Virus record (IMG/VR): IMGVR_UViG_3300009117_000053
Location: 1 to 32,634 of that record
Strand: one strand, 5' to 3'
Source: a virus
Taxonomy: Duplodnaviria; Caudoviricetes
Length of the DNA stretch: 32,634 bases
The notes below the pieces were generated by a model. That model was not told the DNA's origin, did not search any database, and saw only the letters and a program-made list of their open reading frames with translations. Position numbers and translations under genes: made by a program. This document shows positions 8,824 to 16,902 of the stretch, piece after piece (the first letter of the stretch is position 1; each line of letters opens with the position of its first letter).

Positions 8824-9366
8824 TTATTCGAGCTGGGAATAAAAAGCGGCTATTAAATCCTCTTCCTCTTGGCTAAGTCTCTCAGGCAGTTTCAACTCTC
8901 TCTGCGCCTTCAATATCTTTTGCCGTGTCTTAGCATCCTTGATTGTAGATAGGTCATAGTTTCGGATATCCCGCACCCGGTTAAGAATGCAGTTATCGGT
9001 CAAGCCCTGCAAAAGCTCGCAAAACTCAAACCAGTGTATTTCGGTACGGTTTAGATCGATTCCGTAATCTGACCTAAAAGAGGAGCGGATATAATGCGCG
9101 TCGTACTCAAAATCCATATCTGGCTTTCTCTCTTCCGGCTCATCCTCTTTGCCGCAACGCAAATATTTGATCGCCATCTTGAGAGCTTCCGAGAGATTAG
9201 GAGGCTCTTTTTTATATAGCAACCCGATTACTCCATAGGCTCTCTCATAATCACTTAAGTCCAGGTCATAGATACAAGCAAAGCAGGCCAGAGCATAGCG
9301 GAAGTCTGTGTTTATCTCATAGTCTTGGCCATTAACGGTAATGGCTTCCGGATATTCGTTGATCAT
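8824..9366 (-). CDS. A118 Gp15-like tail assembly chaperone, 180 aa
   Basis: YEINTDFR, DFEYDAHYIRSSFRSDYGIDL and HWFEF motifs. Confidence 0.88.
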   Translation of the reverse strand: MINEYPEAITVNGQDYEINTDFRYALACFACIYDLDLSDYERAYGVIGLLYKKEPPNLSEALKMAIKYLRCGKEDEPEERKPDMDFEYDAHYIRSSFRSDYGIDLNRTEIHWFEFCELLQGLTDNCILNRVRDIRNYDLSTIKDAKTRQKILKAQRELKLPERLSQEEEDLIAAFYSQLE

Positions 9367-9872
9367 TTTAAGGACCTGCGCTGTTCCCGGTTAGGGGAGT
9401 ATTTCTCCACGGCTCTTTTCTTAAGATTCTCAGCTTTGACGCCCATTTTCTTAAAATGCGGCTCAAGAGCACTGAAAAGATCATCAAACATGCTGGTATA
9501 ATTCTTATCGCCAAATATCTTTTGACAAGCCCCTGCGCCTAAAAACATATCCAAAACAGTCCTTGCCTCTATGTAAAAGCTATCGATCAATTTAGCGCCC
9601 TCATATTGGTTTTTGGTTATGATGGCTTTATTATCCAGTTCCCCGGTTTCCTCGTTCGTTACATCAAATGTTTTTAGCGGTTCATCCGGACGGGCATCGA
9701 TCTCTGCGCCCCGCGCTGTATAATCTTTTGTAAGAGCTTCGATTTTTTCATACATATCAAAAAGGCGAGAGGTAAGCCCGGTATCTGACGTGTCAAAAGT
9801 GATTGTCTCGCCTTGATCGTTGACTTCGATAATATATTCTGTGGCTGACTTTACCCTAATACTATTAGCCAT
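9363..9872 (-). CDS. Tail assembly chaperone, 169 aa
   Basis: Between tail tube and Gp15-like genes; FLGAGACQKIFG motif and C-terminal PNREQRR. Confidence 0.8.
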   Translation of the reverse strand: MANSIRVKSATEYIIEVNDQGETITFDTSDTGLTSRLFDMYEKIEALTKDYTARGAEIDARPDEPLKTFDVTNEETGELDNKAIITKNQYEGAKLIDSFYIEARTVLDMFLGAGACQKIFGDKNYTSMFDDLFSALEPHFKKMGVKAENLKKRAVEKYSPNREQRRSLK

Positions 9873-9925
9873 CTTATTTTCCTCCTAAACAATTAGCCAT
9901 CTTATTTTCCTCCTAAACAATTAGC
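9864..9925. repeat. Perfect 28-bp tandem duplication covering RBS and start codon of chaperone gene
   Basis: ATTAGCCATCTTATTTTCCTCCTAAACA at 9864 and 9892, plus partial ATTAGC at 9920. Confidence 0.95.
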
Positions 9926-9926
9926 T

Positions 9927-9954
9927 GGAGCAGATAGAAAAATCTACCTGCTCC
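9927..9954 (-). terminator. Hairpin after major tail gene (terminator or mRNA stabiliser; weak U-tail)
   Basis: GGAGCAGGTAG...CTATCTGCTCC inverted repeat. Confidence 0.5.
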
Positions 9955-9985
9955 TCTAATTTACTATTTTTTATTTGTGTTATGC

Positions 9986-10471
9986 CTAAGCCGCCGGTGT
10001 GAACGTCGGCACCCCGGCGGCAATAGCTACGGTCCCAGGAACAGGATCCCCGTTATAGTAGATCGTTGCGCTCAATGTCTGCGGCTTGCCGCCCTCCACG
10101 GTGAATGTGTCGATAGCCACGACCGCGCTATTTTTGGTTGCCGCGTAGGGGCTGGTCGTACTGAGGTCAACTTCCAATATCTCGGTTTCAGCGTCCGCGC
10201 CCACTGCCCTTTCTTTTCTCAGTCCTTCAAGGAAAGCGTGCGCCGGTGCTGTAGTGCCGTCAAAAAGGGCAACGTCGATGCCTGCGCTGACTTGGTAGCT
10301 GTCTACCGAAGAAGTAGCGTTATCTTCATCAATATAAGTTTCGGTCGTTACCTGCGGATTGTAGGCAAGAGGCAGAGAGGTCACCCCTTTGCCCAGCTTC
10401 GACCAAACAGGTACTGCCACAGTCCCGGTATTGATGAAGTAAGCCATCAAAGAGCTTAATTTTTTACCCAT
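9986..10471 (-). CDS. Major tail tube protein, 161 aa
   Basis: WSKLGKGVTSLPLAYNPQVTTETYIDEDNATSSVDSYQ pattern; position. Confidence 0.88.
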   Translation of the reverse strand: MGKKLSSLMAYFINTGTVAVPVWSKLGKGVTSLPLAYNPQVTTETYIDEDNATSSVDSYQVSAGIDVALFDGTTAPAHAFLEGLRKERAVGADAETEILEVDLSTTSPYAATKNSAVVAIDTFTVEGGKPQTLSATIYYNGDPVPGTVAIAAGVPTFTPAA

Positions 10472-10474
10472 GGT

Positions 10475-10933
10475 TTATAAAACCTCCTCATCATAAGTTA
10501 GTTGGTATGCTGCGAAAAAAGTCGTATTGCCTTTCTCATCCAGGCCCGTCATATCAGTCGGTCCTTTCGTTGTTATTATGCGCTCCGGACTTCTGCGGTC
10601 GCCGATATCCAGCCCCGCAGTGCCATTGGCCTTAAACCATGCGGAAAGGTCATTGAGCGGCTTGCAAATCGCCCCTACTCCATCCGGGACGGCGTTCGTG
10701 CAGTAAGATATAATAAAAGGCACTTCGGCTGTAAAATCACCGCAAATGTCCTCTTCTATAATCGAACCGCCATTGGATTTGATGCAGTAGCCTAACCCGT
10801 CCGCGTCCTCCACATATTCAAGCCATAGGTGGCCATCCAGGATATCTAAGCCGTTGATCCATTCCTGAATAGCCTCTATGATCTGTACCGCGTCAGTAGC
10901 ATCTAGAGCCCTTATATTACTTTCGTCTGCCAT
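10475..10933 (-). CDS. Tail terminator-like neck protein, 152 aa
   Basis: Gene preceding tail tube; start moved to MADES behind RBS GGAGG. Confidence 0.65.
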   Translation of the reverse strand: MADESNIRALDATDAVQIIEAIQEWINGLDILDGHLWLEYVEDADGLGYCIKSNGGSIIEEDICGDFTAEVPFIISYCTNAVPDGVGAICKPLNDLSAWFKANGTAGLDIGDRRSPERIITTKGPTDMTGLDEKGNTTFFAAYQLTYDEEVL

Positions 10934-10934
10934 T

Positions 10935-11375
10935 TTAACCGCCTCCACCTAATGCTTTTGCGCCCTTGATCCACTTGGCTTTATTGATTGCCTTAGCCGC
11001 CTCGAACCACATCCGACATGCCAACGGGTGACTTTGCGTCGAGTAAACAAGGTCCCTGTTTGTCAATACTTTACGCACCCCGGGCCTGGACCAAAAGCCG
11101 AAACCTTCTTTGAAAAAAGCTCCCTTTCCCGTTTGGGGGTCGACCATCAGTTTACCGTAATACTGATACCTGGCGTAAGGACTGTTATAAACAAGTAAGC
11201 CGCTGCCTATCCTCGTACCGGCGATACCCGACCTTTCCAAAGCTCCACCAAGGCGGGGAACGAAGGGAGCACTATCCTTAAGGACCTCGTTATCAAGCCA
11301 CATCTGCGCACGTTTATTGGCCGTTGTCAAACGGGTATTGATCTTTGTCGTATAGAGCTTCGTTTCTACTTTCAT
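10935..11375 (-). CDS. A118-type minor capsid / neck protein, 146 aa
   Basis: FVPRLGGALERS, YNSPYARYQYYG and WFEAAKA motifs; start moved to MKVETK (ATGA overlap). Confidence 0.82.
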   Translation of the reverse strand: MKVETKLYTTKINTRLTTANKRAQMWLDNEVLKDSAPFVPRLGGALERSGIAGTRIGSGLLVYNSPYARYQYYGKLMVDPQTGKGAFFKEGFGFWSRPGVRKVLTNRDLVYSTQSHPLACRMWFEAAKAINKAKWIKGAKALGGGG

Positions 11376-11821
11376 TTGCCCGTCACCTCCACAATCAACG
11401 CCCTGCCCTGGTCGCAAGCCGGTATATTCACGCTGGATACAGCAAAGCATTGATACAGTTCGATCATTTCTTTTTTTGTTTTGCTCGGGAGCGTTTCGGT
11501 AGCTTCTCCCTCCACAAAAAAGTCATTTGCCGTGTTGAAAGTGAAGTAATCGGCCTTTTCCGCTGCGGTAAGCTTCTTCCATGCCTTTGTAGCTATAAAC
11601 GTCCGCCCTCCGGTCGCCGTTATATCCCGCAGGTCGATGATCAGCTGGCAGGTGTCGGAAGTCGCTATGCCCCGCTGCGAAAGGTGCTGCTGATAGGCCG
11701 TGTCCAGATACACCCGTTCGATAACCGTGCGCTGGAAAGTCATTACACCTTCAGCGGTCGATATGTAATTATAGAGCGTGACTGTATAAGGCCTGGCCCG
11801 TTTACTGATTATTTTCGCCAT
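11372..11821 (-). CDS. Head closure protein (putative), 149 aa
   Basis: TVTLYN...RTVI and DFFVEGE motifs; position after connector. Confidence 0.7.
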   Translation of the reverse strand: MAKIISKRARPYTVTLYNYISTAEGVMTFQRTVIERVYLDTAYQQHLSQRGIATSDTCQLIIDLRDITATGGRTFIATKAWKKLTAAEKADYFTFNTANDFFVEGEATETLPSKTKKEMIELYQCFAVSSVNIPACDQGRALIVEVTGK

Positions 11822-11823
11822 AT

Positions 11824-12210
11824 TTATATCCCCCTGTATAATAGCCCGGTAAAAAGCAGATAAGACATAGCTTTGTTTTTTGCTTTGGCCAACAGTTTAT
11901 CTAGGCTCGACGCGTCCGCCGTATAGCTATAAGAACCGATCTTTTCACTCGCCGCAATCATGCCGGTGCTGTCCGTAGCGACATCGATCTGAGCAAGGGC
12001 CTCAGCAATGGCGCAGGTGGCAAGCTGTATAGCAGCTTGCATATCATCATCAAAATTGGTAAGCCCTGCCCGCCGCACACGGCGAAAGGTGAACTTGTCC
12101 ACCTCGTCAGAGGCGCGAAGGGCTATACGGTCAAAGATATTCGTGTCGATGTCTGTACCCTGGTAAGTTTCGGCGTAATAGGTGCGGTCAATATATGCTT
12201 CGTAAGCCAT
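11824..12210 (-). CDS. Head-tail connector / adaptor, 128 aa
   Basis: YIDRTYY, ALRASDEVDKFTF, SEKIGSYSYT, YLLFTGLLYRG motifs. Confidence 0.87.
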   Translation of the reverse strand: MAYEAYIDRTYYAETYQGTDIDTNIFDRIALRASDEVDKFTFRRVRRAGLTNFDDDMQAAIQLATCAIAEALAQIDVATDSTGMIAASEKIGSYSYTADASSLDKLLAKAKNKAMSYLLFTGLLYRGI

Positions 12211-12228
12211 AGGCTCACCTCCTAATGG

Positions 12229-12798
12229 TTAGGCTTTCGCTACGACTGTATTACTGCCGATGCTGAGCACTTCGCGCGCTGCGTTCAGCTCGCAAACTGT
12301 GATAACCTTATCTGTCGCTGCCGTAATATCCGATCCGCTTGTAAAAGTGGTCCATCCGGTTGTTGGCAGAACGTCCTTATACAGAGGCGCGACAGCAGCG
12401 ATAGCGACATGGTAAACGAGGATGTTTCCGTCAGCGCCGATGTCGTTTGCAACCGTAATCTTTGTGTCTCCGGATTCAGAACCGGCTACGGACGCGACTG
12501 TCAGCGCGGTAATGTTCGCTGCGCTAATATAGCCCTCAATCAATCTGACAAGGTCATTCTTCGTATTCGCAGGCAGGTAAGTAACTCCGATATAATCACA
12601 AACTTCCTCGAGTTGCTCTCTGGTGGCCTTATCAAAGATTGTCAGGACATGCTTGCTATCGTCGATGATGTACCCTTTATGTACATCTTCAAAGAATGCT
12701 GTATCTACATCAGCCGCAACAGCCGCGACGCCATTGATAAAATCAACCGCACCCCATTCCATGATATGCCCTTCGTTGGGCGCATAAATTCTTGGCAT
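12229..12798 (-). CDS. Putative head decoration/accessory protein, 189 aa (paralogous N-domain, helix-extension-helix motif, Ig-like C-domain)
   Basis: TREQLEEVCDYIGV...TKNDLVRLIE helical motif; LTVASVAGSESGDTKITV beta domain. Confidence 0.6.
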   Translation of the reverse strand: MPRIYAPNEGHIMEWGAVDFINGVAAVAADVDTAFFEDVHKGYIIDDSKHVLTIFDKATREQLEEVCDYIGVTYLPANTKNDLVRLIEGYISAANITALTVASVAGSESGDTKITVANDIGADGNILVYHVAIAAVAPLYKDVLPTTGWTTFTSGSDITAATDKVITVCELNAAREVLSIGSNTVVAKA

Positions 12799-13016
12799 TA
12801 TTTTGCTCCTTTCTTGCCTTTGCCGGCAGGTTCGATCTTTCCGTCCGGAATTATTTCCGGCTCTGTTTCTTTTGCCGCTTCTTCTTCAACCTCATACCCT
12901 TTGCGTTTGAACCAACTAATAAGGCGCGGGTTATCGGTATAACCCACGCCTTTCTCAAATTTAACGCTGGCAGATGTGCCGCTATACCCCTTGGCGGGGG
13001 CTGTAATTTTAGCCAT
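12798..13016 (-). CDS. 72-aa capsid-associated protein
   Basis: Start moved to MAKITAP behind RBS GAGGAAGGAG; VKFEKGVG...WFKRKGYEV. Confidence 0.75.
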   Translation of the reverse strand: MAKITAPAKGYSGTSASVKFEKGVGYTDNPRLISWFKRKGYEVEEEAAKETEPEIIPDGKIEPAGKGKKGAK

Positions 13017-13035
13017 GCGCGTGCTCCTTCCTCGC

Positions 13036-13983
13036 CTACCCGATTTTGATTTTACGCAGGACGCCTGCGCTCTTGGTAGCCTTAACTGCCATTGCGGCAA
13101 CCATTTCGACCTCGCCGGTCTTGACAGCACCGGGCTTGGTAAGATCGGGCAGGTATTGATTAACCAGCGCATTGCCGTCCGGGCTAACCCCATGCACGCC
13201 ATCCAGAGCAAGCCTGGCGGCATAGATGGAGGTTTCTCCGTCTCCATCAGTTTCAATTATGGGATTAGCTGTGCCTGCTTTATCTCCGAGGCTCATAACT
13301 AAAGAGCTGCCCCATTGAAGGACCTCATCGCCATAGTTCTGTTTGCTGGCCAGATTGATGCCGGCGCGGTCCATGACACTTTGATAGACGGCAAACATAT
13401 CACTGTTCAACAGAAAAAGCGTGGGGGAGCCGTCCAAAGCAGCTCTCATTTTGCGAAGACTGTCAAGGAATACCTTCCAATTTGTATCGATATTCGCCGA
13501 AGAGCTGAGATTGATCGCGTTCAAGGGAATAATTTCAGTCGCGGAACCAGCTAGGGCCTTGTCCAGTCCGTCAAATTCATTGGCCAGGACGCCGGAATCA
13601 CCGTTGATAAACATATCGTGGAATTTGGCGCGCGTGGCCTGAATCTTTTGCGCAAGCTGGAACGGAATATGCTCTACGACCTGTTTTTCGTCATTGATAA
13701 TCACGCGGTCGATCTGGAAGCTGCCGCCGAATATTTTCAGATTGACGGTATAAGGTGTGGTAATCGTTTCCTGCGGCTCGTATTCGTTGTTTATAGCTCT
13801 GACATCTGCGGTCGGGAGAGTGGTGACGCGGTTATAAACATAAGCCAGCGTCTTCCCACCCTGCGGTTTTACGCAGTTATCGAAAGGAAGTGCGTCGAGT
13901 AATGCGGATTTTTTGAACTCGTCAATAACGAAATTCGTCAATTTGCTCTGGGAAAGTGCTTTTGCTTGATCAAGTGTAATCAT
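13036..13983 (-). CDS. Major capsid protein, 315 aa
   Basis: Follows scaffold; VNLKIFGGSFQIDRVI and FINGDSG...EFDGL motifs of HK97-fold capsids. Confidence 0.92.
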   Translation of the reverse strand: MITLDQAKALSQSKLTNFVIDEFKKSALLDALPFDNCVKPQGGKTLAYVYNRVTTLPTADVRAINNEYEPQETITTPYTVNLKIFGGSFQIDRVIINDEKQVVEHIPFQLAQKIQATRAKFHDMFINGDSGVLANEFDGLDKALAGSATEIIPLNAINLSSSANIDTNWKVFLDSLRKMRAALDGSPTLFLLNSDMFAVYQSVMDRAGINLASKQNYGDEVLQWGSSLVMSLGDKAGTANPIIETDGDGETSIYAARLALDGVHGVSPDGNALVNQYLPDLTKPGAVKTGEVEMVAAMAVKATKSAGVLRKIKIG

Positions 13984-14008
13984 ATTTCATCCTTCTTTCT
14001 AATAGTTT

Positions 14009-14593
14009 TTAATCGGGTTTTCCGAACATAGTGCTGGTAATTTCATCGGCCAGCGTGGTCTCGTCTCCGGTTCCCGGAGGTAATCCTTGCCTTGTACCTG
14101 ATTTACCGGGCGGTGCTTGTACGGAGAACGCCCATTTTTCCGATTCCTTAAGACCTTTAAGCTGATCATCTAGGCCGAGAAGGTTTTCACCTTCCAGGCT
14201 GATTTTGGTAGTATCCAACAAGGCCTTAACCGCTTTCGTATTGACGGCGCCTTCTTTGATCAGGCGAGTCTCGAGAGCAGAGTCAAGTTTCTGCTGCTTG
14301 ATCTGTGCATTTAACGCCTCGGTGTCTTTGTTGTACTTCTCTTGGAGATCATTAAGCTTGGTTTCCAGTTCGGTGCCTTTACCTGTGGTAGCCTTAAGGC
14401 CCTCAATGTCTTTTTCGCGGTCTTTTATGGTGTCCGCCAAGGTCTTATTAGTTGCTTCGATCGTCTTCTTTTTTTCGTTCAGATCGTTATAATCTTTGCG
14501 CGCGACAAAATCCTTTCCGATCTGCGTAGATACAGCCTTATCGATATCCTCGGTATAGTTGTCCTTGAGTATATCTTTTAACCACTCCAACAT
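14009..14593 (-). CDS. Capsid scaffolding protein (Phage_GP20-like), 194 aa
   Basis: Coiled coil; FVARKDYN, GAVNTKAVKALLD, GLDDQLKGLKES motifs. Confidence 0.9.
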   Translation of the reverse strand: MLEWLKDILKDNYTEDIDKAVSTQIGKDFVARKDYNDLNEKKKTIEATNKTLADTIKDREKDIEGLKATTGKGTELETKLNDLQEKYNKDTEALNAQIKQQKLDSALETRLIKEGAVNTKAVKALLDTTKISLEGENLLGLDDQLKGLKESEKWAFSVQAPPGKSGTRQGLPPGTGDETTLADEITSTMFGKPD

Positions 14594-14687
14594 AAGTGCT
14601 CCTTTCTCCCTCTATCCTTTTTTGTCCGGCCAGTCCCGGCATTGAGGGCGCCCTGTTTAGTCCCGGGGCACGGGTAATTTTGGCTAT

Positions 14688-14717
14688 AAAAATAGCACCC
14701 GTAATAAAACGGATGCC
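14688..14717 (-). terminator. Intrinsic terminator upstream of scaffold leader
   Basis: Minus strand GCATCCGT-TTTATT-ACGGGTGC then TATTTTT. Confidence 0.6.
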
Positions 14718-14739
14718 AGATTTATTAAATTTGGACATT

Positions 14740-14774
14740 AAAAAACCACTCTTTCTATGCTGATTGAGTGGTTT
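14740..14774 (-). terminator. Intrinsic terminator after putative immunity gene
   Basis: Minus strand AAACCACTC...GAGTGGTTT then T-run. Confidence 0.65.
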
Positions 14775-14776
14775 GA

Positions 14777-15037
14777 TTATTTGTTAGGATCAAAATCCTT
14801 TGGTAGAAGCGGTTTATTTATCTTATATGCTTCTTCATCAAGGACGAAAGAACCACAATCATACGAAAGTGCCATTTCTAGCGCCCGCGGGATATCCCCT
14901 AACACTTTACACGTCATAGTTGGCTTATCGGGATGGGCATTGTCAAACTTATGCTGCTGCCGATTGAGGCATATTAAACATAGCGGTGTCATAATAGTGA
15001 ACTCCGCATCTGCCATTCTTTCTTTAAAAAAGCTCAT
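14777..15037 (-). CDS. 86-aa four-Cys protein, putative immunity protein for MuF-ADPRT
   Basis: Start overlaps toxin stop (TAATG); CLIC...TCKVLGDIP...DC; RBS GAGGAG. Confidence 0.65.
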   Translation of the reverse strand: MSFFKERMADAEFTIMTPLCLICLNRQQHKFDNAHPDKPTMTCKVLGDIPRALEMALSYDCGSFVLDEEAYKINKPLLPKDFDPNK

Positions 15038-16902
15038 TATTCATCAACTCCTCTGTATAAAGCTTTTATAAATATCTTTCCGTCGTTTTCCTGTGCTTCC
15101 AAAATTTTAAAACCAGCACCTTTTTGAAATAACATTTCATACTCGGTTTCGAACTCACTAAGAGAACTTATATAGGCGCCCCTGCTTCCTTTTGGCACAA
15201 GAATCTGCATAAAAACAGGCTTATCGGTAAACGCCGAATCCTTGAGCATAGATGTTGAAGAAAAGGCTAAATCTCTGAGAGGCCTATCTGCCCATTGCTC
15301 GACGGGAAGAAGTTTGTACTGCTCGGCTTGTGTAAAATTACTAAGATGTGTCCCACGCCAAACAACAATGTTCTCTTTGATATCCGCTTTTTCAATGGCA
15401 TCGGTAATTTGGTTTATTTTTTTAACGATACCCGGACCGGCTGTCTCTTTGCCTCTTAAATAATCGTTGATTTTTGAGTACTCATGCGACGTGTAATAGG
15501 TCAAAGCGTCTTTTTCTTCTTGTGTCCAAACGTGCGCCTGATCTTTGGCCCATTGCGGAATATTTTCGGCTTTATCAAAGACTTTGTAATCGGAAATATC
15601 AGAATTAGCATCTATGATGTCCCTGGCCCATTTTTCCTGATTATAGGCCTTATATTCTTTGGCTAATCCCTGGTATTCCTTAGTATTATTATACTTCATT
15701 TGACTATAAATATCAATGTTTGCCGGGGCTTTATCCTTACCTAAAGCGTTGACAATACCGGTATATTCGGCCTTTTCAACTTTTAGGGCTTTCTGAGCTA
15801 AAGAACTGCCAAATCCGGGCACTTGTTCTCTGCCGTATAAACGAGCAAGACCGCTTTCGTCAATAAATTGCTGCTGTTTTGTTTGCCACCGTCTGACTTT
15901 TAATAACTCTTTGGTATTATCTACGCCCCCGGCTTCCAAGGTCGCCGCCCGGCGCTTCCAGTATCTTATTTGCCGCTCATTGTACCGCTGCTCCTGCTCC
16001 GCTTCGTAAGTCTTTGGATCGTATTTTTCTTGCGGTAGCTTTTCCGATACGCCCTCGATGTATGGGAAAAAGCTATGCCGGCAATTCCAGCCGCAAAGCC
16101 CCGCTCCGGTACCGTAACCTGTGGCCTCAACTAAACCTTTATACTTCATGCTAGTGCCCGATAAACTGTATATCCCTCCCTGCCATAAGGCATGTTCCGG
16201 CCTGGCATCCGCATGACTCGTAACTTCTACAAGATCGGTACCCAATTCGGCGGCATTATTAAGGCTGATTTCGGATGTCGCCTGATTCACGCCAGTAACA
16301 CAAGCCCGTCTTACCGCCGCCTCAATACTGGTCCTTACGCCGCTTCTATAATCAAAGCAACCTACACCATCAGCGGCAAACTTCCTGACCGTTGCCTCAA
16401 TAGCCTGCTGCTCGGTGAAAGCCCCTGATTGTACCATCAGCTGGCATTGATCCATATATTGATTAAGCTTGCCGCTGGCATCGATCGCAATAGTACCGGT
16501 AAGCCTTTTCATCGTGCCTAAGGTCCGTATAGCGTTGGCGTTCAGTACCTGGGCAACGGAAGCGGATGCGGTAATCGGAATGGTATCAGCTGGAAGTTTG
16601 CCCGCCGCGATCGCCGCTTTTTGCAGTTCGATATCCGGCTTTAAGCTCTTTATCCCGGCCGCTTTGAAAATCGTCTTGACCTCTTTATCGGACAGCTTCA
16701 AAGTCCTGGCTATTTCCTGGGCTATGTATTGTTGTGAAGCTCCCAGCTCCTGCATCTTAACGATCTGCCAACCTGACGAAGGAATGACCTCCCCGGACTT
16801 GGCGATACGCCGGGCTATGTCGGCCATTATCTTGCTTTGCAACTCGGAATAGATCTCTTGGATAGGTTCTGCAATACCGTCTAAATATTCAGGAGTAAGC
16901 AA
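15037..16902 (-). CDS. MuF-type minor head protein fused to VIP2-like ADP-ribosyltransferase, 621 aa
   Basis: MLTPEYL start, SHADARPEHALWQG and GLCGWNCRHSF MuF motifs; C-terminal VWRG, FSSTS, ETEYEMLF (R-STS-ExE). Confidence 0.92.
   Translation of the reverse strand: MLTPEYLDGIAEPIQEIYSELQSKIMADIARRIAKSGEVIPSSGWQIVKMQELGASQQYIAQEIARTLKLSDKEVKTIFKAAGIKSLKPDIELQKAAIAAGKLPADTIPITASASVAQVLNANAIRTLGTMKRLTGTIAIDASGKLNQYMDQCQLMVQSGAFTEQQAIEATVRKFAADGVGCFDYRSGVRTSIEAAVRRACVTGVNQATSEISLNNAAELGTDLVEVTSHADARPEHALWQGGIYSLSGTSMKYKGLVEATGYGTGAGLCGWNCRHSFFPYIEGVSEKLPQEKYDPKTYEAEQEQRYNERQIRYWKRRAATLEAGGVDNTKELLKVRRWQTKQQQFIDESGLARLYGREQVPGFGSSLAQKALKVEKAEYTGIVNALGKDKAPANIDIYSQMKYNNTKEYQGLAKEYKAYNQEKWARDIIDANSDISDYKVFDKAENIPQWAKDQAHVWTQEEKDALTYYTSHEYSKINDYLRGKETAGPGIVKKINQITDAIEKADIKENIVVWRGTHLSNFTQAEQYKLLPVEQWADRPLRDLAFSSTSMLKDSAFTDKPVFMQILVPKGSRGAYISSLSEFETEYEMLFQKGAGFKILEAQENDGKIFIKALYRGVDE
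15688..15716 (-). promoter_or_regulatory. Internal sigma-A promoter inside muF, upstream of the toxin domain and immunity gene
   Basis: TTGATA-N17-TATAAT encoded by codons of IDIYSQMKYN. Confidence 0.65.

Noticed and set aside
9360-9375. -1 frameshift joining the two tail chaperones
   Set aside because: Junction C TTA AAA TGA is not a canonical X XXY YYZ heptamer; ATGA coupling explains it, though slippage is not excluded
13017-13256. N-terminal 80 codons of the 152-aa ORF
   Set aside because: Overlaps the capsid gene; the real start is at 13016 with its own RBS
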